A DNA stretch of 37,488 nucleotides from Octopus bimaculoides (taxonomy: Eukaryota), in the NCBI RefSeq assembly GCF_001194135.2, contig NC_068996.1, positions 49,633,519 through 49,671,006 of the forward strand. The letters are read 5' to 3'. The position numbers and the translations under genes are program-made. The notes below the pieces were generated by a model. It had not been told where the DNA came from, ran no database searches, and saw only the letters and a program-made list of their open reading frames with translations. Positions 33,060-37,488 of this stretch are shown piece by piece (position 1 is the stretch's first letter; each line of letters starts with the position of its first letter).

Positions 33060-34289
33060 CCATATATACTCGAGTAATAATCAATCTCATGTAGAAGTCA
33101 ATCTCCTATTTTAGACCAAATATTTTCCATAGACCCCATATAAAAAAGTCAACCTTAGTATTTCACAAACAACAGGACATTTGTGGGTCCAGGTACCATA
33201 TTATCCTGTACATAGAAATAACATTGTTACAAAATTGTGTGGCTACCTTACTGAAGCCTGTTCTATAGGTGGAATGCTTGATGCTTATAATGGAATGCTC
33301 GTTGCTTATAGTAAAACACCATTCAATAGTGAGTACTACGCATCTGTTGATGGGTGTTACATCACCATTTCTAAAATGTATGCACAGGANNNNNNNNNNT
33401 GGGTGTTACATCACCATTTCTAAAATGTATGCACAGGATATGTTGCAAGCCTGCATACATCTTCAAGCACAATAAACACATGCGTCATACACTCGTTGTT
33501 CACATGGTGAGAAACGTGTTTCACAGACAGCACTTTTGGCGAACACTGGCAAACACCAGTGTCTGGATTTGTAGAAAGGCATGACTTTGATAAGCCTAAA
33601 AACATTCAATTAATCGCTGGATCAGTGGTTCCCATGCAACCTTTATATTTTTTCTATCTCCAAATACAATAAACACATGCATCATATGCTTGTCTGTTTA
33701 CATGGTTAGAAACGTGTTTCACAGACAGCACTATTGGCAAACAACAGCAAACACTACTGTATGAATTTGTACAGCGGTAGGACTTCAGTAAGCCTAAAAA
33801 CATTTAGTTAATCGCTAAATCAGTGCTTACCAAACCTTTTTTTTTTTTTTTTTTGCCACAGAATCCTTCGACATTATTTTTACAAATGTGGAGCCCCTGA
33901 TAACTTTCAGGGAACCCTGGAGTTTTGTAGAACACACTTTGGGAATCCCTGCCCCAGATTAACAGTTTTACACCATATTATGGACATTTACTGGTAACTG
34001 CATGAGAGAAAATGTAAATATTTATAAGAGCTACACGGTCTTGTTTATGGGTTTTGTTATTTACTAGGACGTGTGTTTTGATGCGTAGATTTGGTAATAT
34101 TACTGTAATTCATTGTGTTTTTGTTTTTATGCACTTAGAGATCAGTTGGGCTTCTGCTGCTGATATGGTACTTCGGATTCTAGCTTGAATTTCAGCCCCT
34201 CAAAAGTAGTATGCATGTAATAATCAACCCCATAAATTTGACCTTAAAAAGTGGTCTAAAAAATTTGACTTTTACATGAGTATATACAG
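33060..34289. mobile_element. Tc2/pogo-type non-autonomous DNA transposon with TA TSD and a nested hAT-like MITE (33821-33951)
   Basis: ta|ccatatatactcgagtaa ... ttacatgagtatatacag|ta, a 14/18 inverted match. The inner element runs cagtgcttaccaaac...tttgggaatccctg. Confidence 0.7.
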
Positions 34290-35089
34290 TAAACATTAGA
34301 TTTGATAGAGTAACCTGAATGCTAAAGGATTAAACACATCCTTAAGATCAACCATCAAAAAACCCGCACAAGACAAATAGCTACCATAAAAATACAAACA
34401 CGATAGGAAAATCCCAGACTTTAGAGCCAGACAAAATTCCAAACGTAAAGTACAGCTCTACCACAATACCAACAAAATATTCTAAAACTATAATTCTAAA
34501 CAAACACCCAAGTGAGACACCATCAAACGGATTCGTTACATTCTGGTATACACCCTAAAAAATCCTGGTAAGACTTCCTTGATTATCACCACATTTAGCC
34601 ACAAAGAAACAAATATCATATACTGCATCCATCATGGGTAACATCTTAGTCATAGATTATTATGTCCTACCAATCCTACCAATTTTTTTTTTATTTCCAC
34701 AATAAATCACAGCAATAACAAAACAAAAAAAAAAAAAGAAAAAGAAGAGATCTTGCATCATCACAAGTTGCAAAATAAACCCAACCCACTGACTTCCTAC
34801 ACAGTGAAAGAAATATATTCAGAAAGATCAACCAGACATACAAGGAAGGCAAGTTTTGTTGCTATAGAAAATCTCCAGTTCATACTGTCATGTGTTTAGC
34901 CTTTTAGTATTCAAATTATTCTGTCAAACATAATGCTTATTCATAGTCACAGGTTTTGAATTAATCATGCATCACCACATAGCATAAAGATTTCAATGAT
35001 TCGATTGCCTCGTTTTAGACCGACATCATAGGATAGGTGTGAGAGGGCAGATCTGGCCAGTTTAAAATGCTAAAGGATTAATTCTATTA

Positions 35090-35468
35090 GCATTCTGTCG
35101 CTTACGACGTCGAGGGTTCCAGTTGATCCAATCAACAGAACAGCCTGCTCGTGAAATTAATGTGCAAGTGGCTGAGCACTCCACAGACACGTGTACCCTT
35201 AACATAGTTCACAGGGGTATTCAGCGTGACGCAGTGTGACAAGGCTGGCCCTTTGAAAATACAGGCACAACAGGAACAGGAAGAAAGAGTGAGAGAAAGT
35301 TGTGGTGAAAGAGTACAGCAGGGTTCGCCACCATCCCCTGCTGGAGCCTCGTGAAACTTTTAGGTGTTTTCGCTCAATAAACACTCACAACGCCTGGTCT
35401 GGCAATCAAAACCACGATCCTATAACCGTGAGTCCGCTGCCATAACCACTGGGCCATTGCGCCTCCAC
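35090..35468 (-). mobile_element. tRNA-derived SINE, family B, near full length
   Basis: tRNA-like head at about 35385-35468. The body matches 1630-1915 and, degenerately, 7420-7560. Confidence 0.8.
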
Positions 35469-36166
35469 AATTCTATTAGCATACCAGTAGCAAATAGTCA
35501 GATATCCACTACTGTTTGTAAGTGATTGTGTCATTTAAAAGATTAATTTAAGATACAAAAGTGACATAACACTGACATGTTTGTAGTGTATACAGTTTTT
35601 TTTTCTGTATGCACCTTTATAGTTGAAAGTGACATCATACAAGAGGATAACTATTTTTAGCTATGACAGGTGGATGTGGGGAGGGGCAAGAGGGTGCACA
35701 TAATATTCACAATTGCATCATACTTGAGTACATGTAGTACCTTTAAGATTTTATTTGTTTCAGTCATTAGAGCTTGCCCATGCTGGGGCACCACCCCGAA
35801 CAAAAATAAGCACTGGGGTTGAACAAATGAACTCAGGTATTCGGTTTTTTTTTTTAAAGCCTGGTACTTATTCCATCACTTTCTTTCTGCTAAACTGCTA
35901 AGTTATGGGAACATAAACAAACCAACAGTTGTCAAGTGGCAGTGGAGAGGAAAACACAAACAGACATGCACACATTTGACATCTTTCAGTTTCCATCTCC
36001 CAGATTCACTCACAAGGCTTTAGTTGGCCTGAGGTTATAAAAGAAACTTGTCCAAGGTCTCACACTGGGTGGTTGGGAAGCAGCATGCCTATTTTTAGCT
36101 ATAACAGATGGGTGAGGAAGAAGGTGCACCTAACATTCACAATTGTATTAAGTTAATGTAGTATTT

Positions 36167-37465
36167 TTATTCTTTTACTTGTTTCAATCATTTGACTGCA
36201 GCCATGCTGGAGCACTGCCTTTAGTCAAACGAATTGACGACCCCAGGACTTATTCTTTGTAAGCCTAGTACTTCTTCTATCGGTCACTTTTGCCGAACTG
36301 CTAAGTTACAGGGACATAAAATATATATATATATATCATCATCATCATTATCATCCTCGTTTAACATCCGCTTTCCATGCTGGCATGGATTGGATGGTTT
36401 GACTTAGGACTGGTGAGCCAGAGGCTGCACCAGGCTCCTATCTGATCTGGCAAAGTTTCTACAGCTGGATGCCCTTCCTAATGCCAACCACTCTGAGAGT
36501 GTAGTGGGTGCTTTTATGTGCCACCAGCACAAGGCCAGTCAGGCGGTTCTGGCAACGACCACGCTCAAAAGGTGTCTTTACATACTACCTGCATAGGAGC
36601 CAGTCCAGCTGCACTGGCAATGACCACACTCGAATGCTGTTTTCCATGTGCCACCAGCACGTGCCGGTAAGGCGACGCTGGCAACGGTCATGCTCAAATG
36701 GTGCTTTTCACGTGTCACTGGCATGGGAGCCAATCCATGGCCCTGGCAACAATCATGCTCGGATGTACTTTTAACATTCCACTGGTATGAGTGCCAATCA
36801 GGTGGTACAGTCATCGGCCACGTCACCTATTTTGATTTGTTTACACTTGCCTCAATAGGTCTTCGCAAGCAAAGTTCATTGTCCAATGAATGAGGGGTAC
36901 TCATAAGTGGGCCGGTTACACCCCACGTTCGGATGTGCTATCAGATGTGGTGTGCAAGAGAGACGAATGTGCTGGTATGGTCATGTGTTGCGAATGAATG
37001 AGGACAGCTGTGTGAAAAAGTGTCACACCCTAGCAGTTGAGGGAATCTGTGGAAGAAGTAGACCCAGAAAACCTGGGATGAGGTGGTGAAGCATGACCTT
37101 TGAACATTGGGCCTTACCCAGGCAATGACTAGTGACTGAGACCTTTGGAGATATGCTGTGCTTGAGAAAACCCGAAAAACCAAGTGAAACCATAACCCAT
37201 GGCCTATGCCAGTGGGTGTAACCAGCCCACTTATGAATACCCCTCATTCATTGGACAATAAACTTTGCTTGCGAAGACCTGTTGAAGCAAGTGAAATCAA
37301 AATCAAAATACACAACGGGCTTCTTTCAGTTTCCGCCTACCAAATCCACTCACAAGGCTTTGGTCAACCCGAGACTATAGCAGAAAACACTTGCCCAAGG
37401 CACTGTGCAACGGGACTGAACCTGGCACCATGTGATTGGGAAGCAAGCTTCTTACCACACAGCCA
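36167..37465 (-). mobile_element. Family-C SINE split by an internally inverted RTE 3' insertion (36336-37309)
   Basis: SINE tail at 36167-36320 resumes at 37311 (acaacgggcttctttcag). The insert is a minus-strand 3' UTR plus (GAT)n tail (36336-36925) joined to a plus-strand ORF end and UTR start (about 36938-37309). Confidence 0.8.
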
Positions 37466-37488
37466 TTTTATTCTATGGCTTAGTCATG

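Larger units (their letters stand above)
1916..33399. other. Assembly gaps: 1916-2225, 3917-4508, 6571-6924, 17467-18344, 19989-20234, 25514-25613, 33390-33399
   Basis: Runs of N read directly. Confidence 1.

Noticed and set aside
33350-33438. Exact duplication of about 40 bp either side of a 10-N gap
   Set aside because: Typical unmerged contig overlap, so an assembly artefact.

Overview
AT-rich, repeat-dense eukaryotic genomic DNA with seven N-gaps. The SINE, RTE and MITE content suggests an Octopus-type cephalopod (inference, not a database match). The main content, almost invisible in the ORF track, is the 3' part of a minus-strand, multi-exon Smaug/SAMD4 gene (RNA-binding translational repressor). 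Nine exons were rebuilt by hand from GT-AG sites: 27594-27508, 26148-25903, 22183-22074, 19148-19062, 15656-15455, 13249-13161, 9748-9648, 7204-7000 and 841-764. Phases chain through the first eight; one mismatch precedes 841-764. A candidate 24/21-nt microexon lies at 32153-32130. The exons encode DHAPLSPQSS, the SAM domain ([14 protein letters not shown]...[18 protein letters not shown]), the PHAT domain (EDLPKQFTRVMGKICTQ...AFTQKQRKLLTSWKQQ) and the C-terminal EINDSLDSLCRSMTEIALG motif. The N-terminal exons and probably the last exon lie outside the window or are unresolved. The introns hold RTE LINE pieces, several tRNA-derived SINE families, two decayed Tc1/mariner transposases, and piggyBac-, hAT-, Tc2- and Merlin-like MITEs, often nested with readable target-site duplications. 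The best leads are a 4-nt tandem splice donor that could switch the conserved C-terminal motif on or off, a near-perfect 255-bp intronic palindrome, a candidate NAGNAG microexon, a twin-priming-like RTE inversion and a Merlin-like MITE. I found no convincing new enzymatic or defence system.
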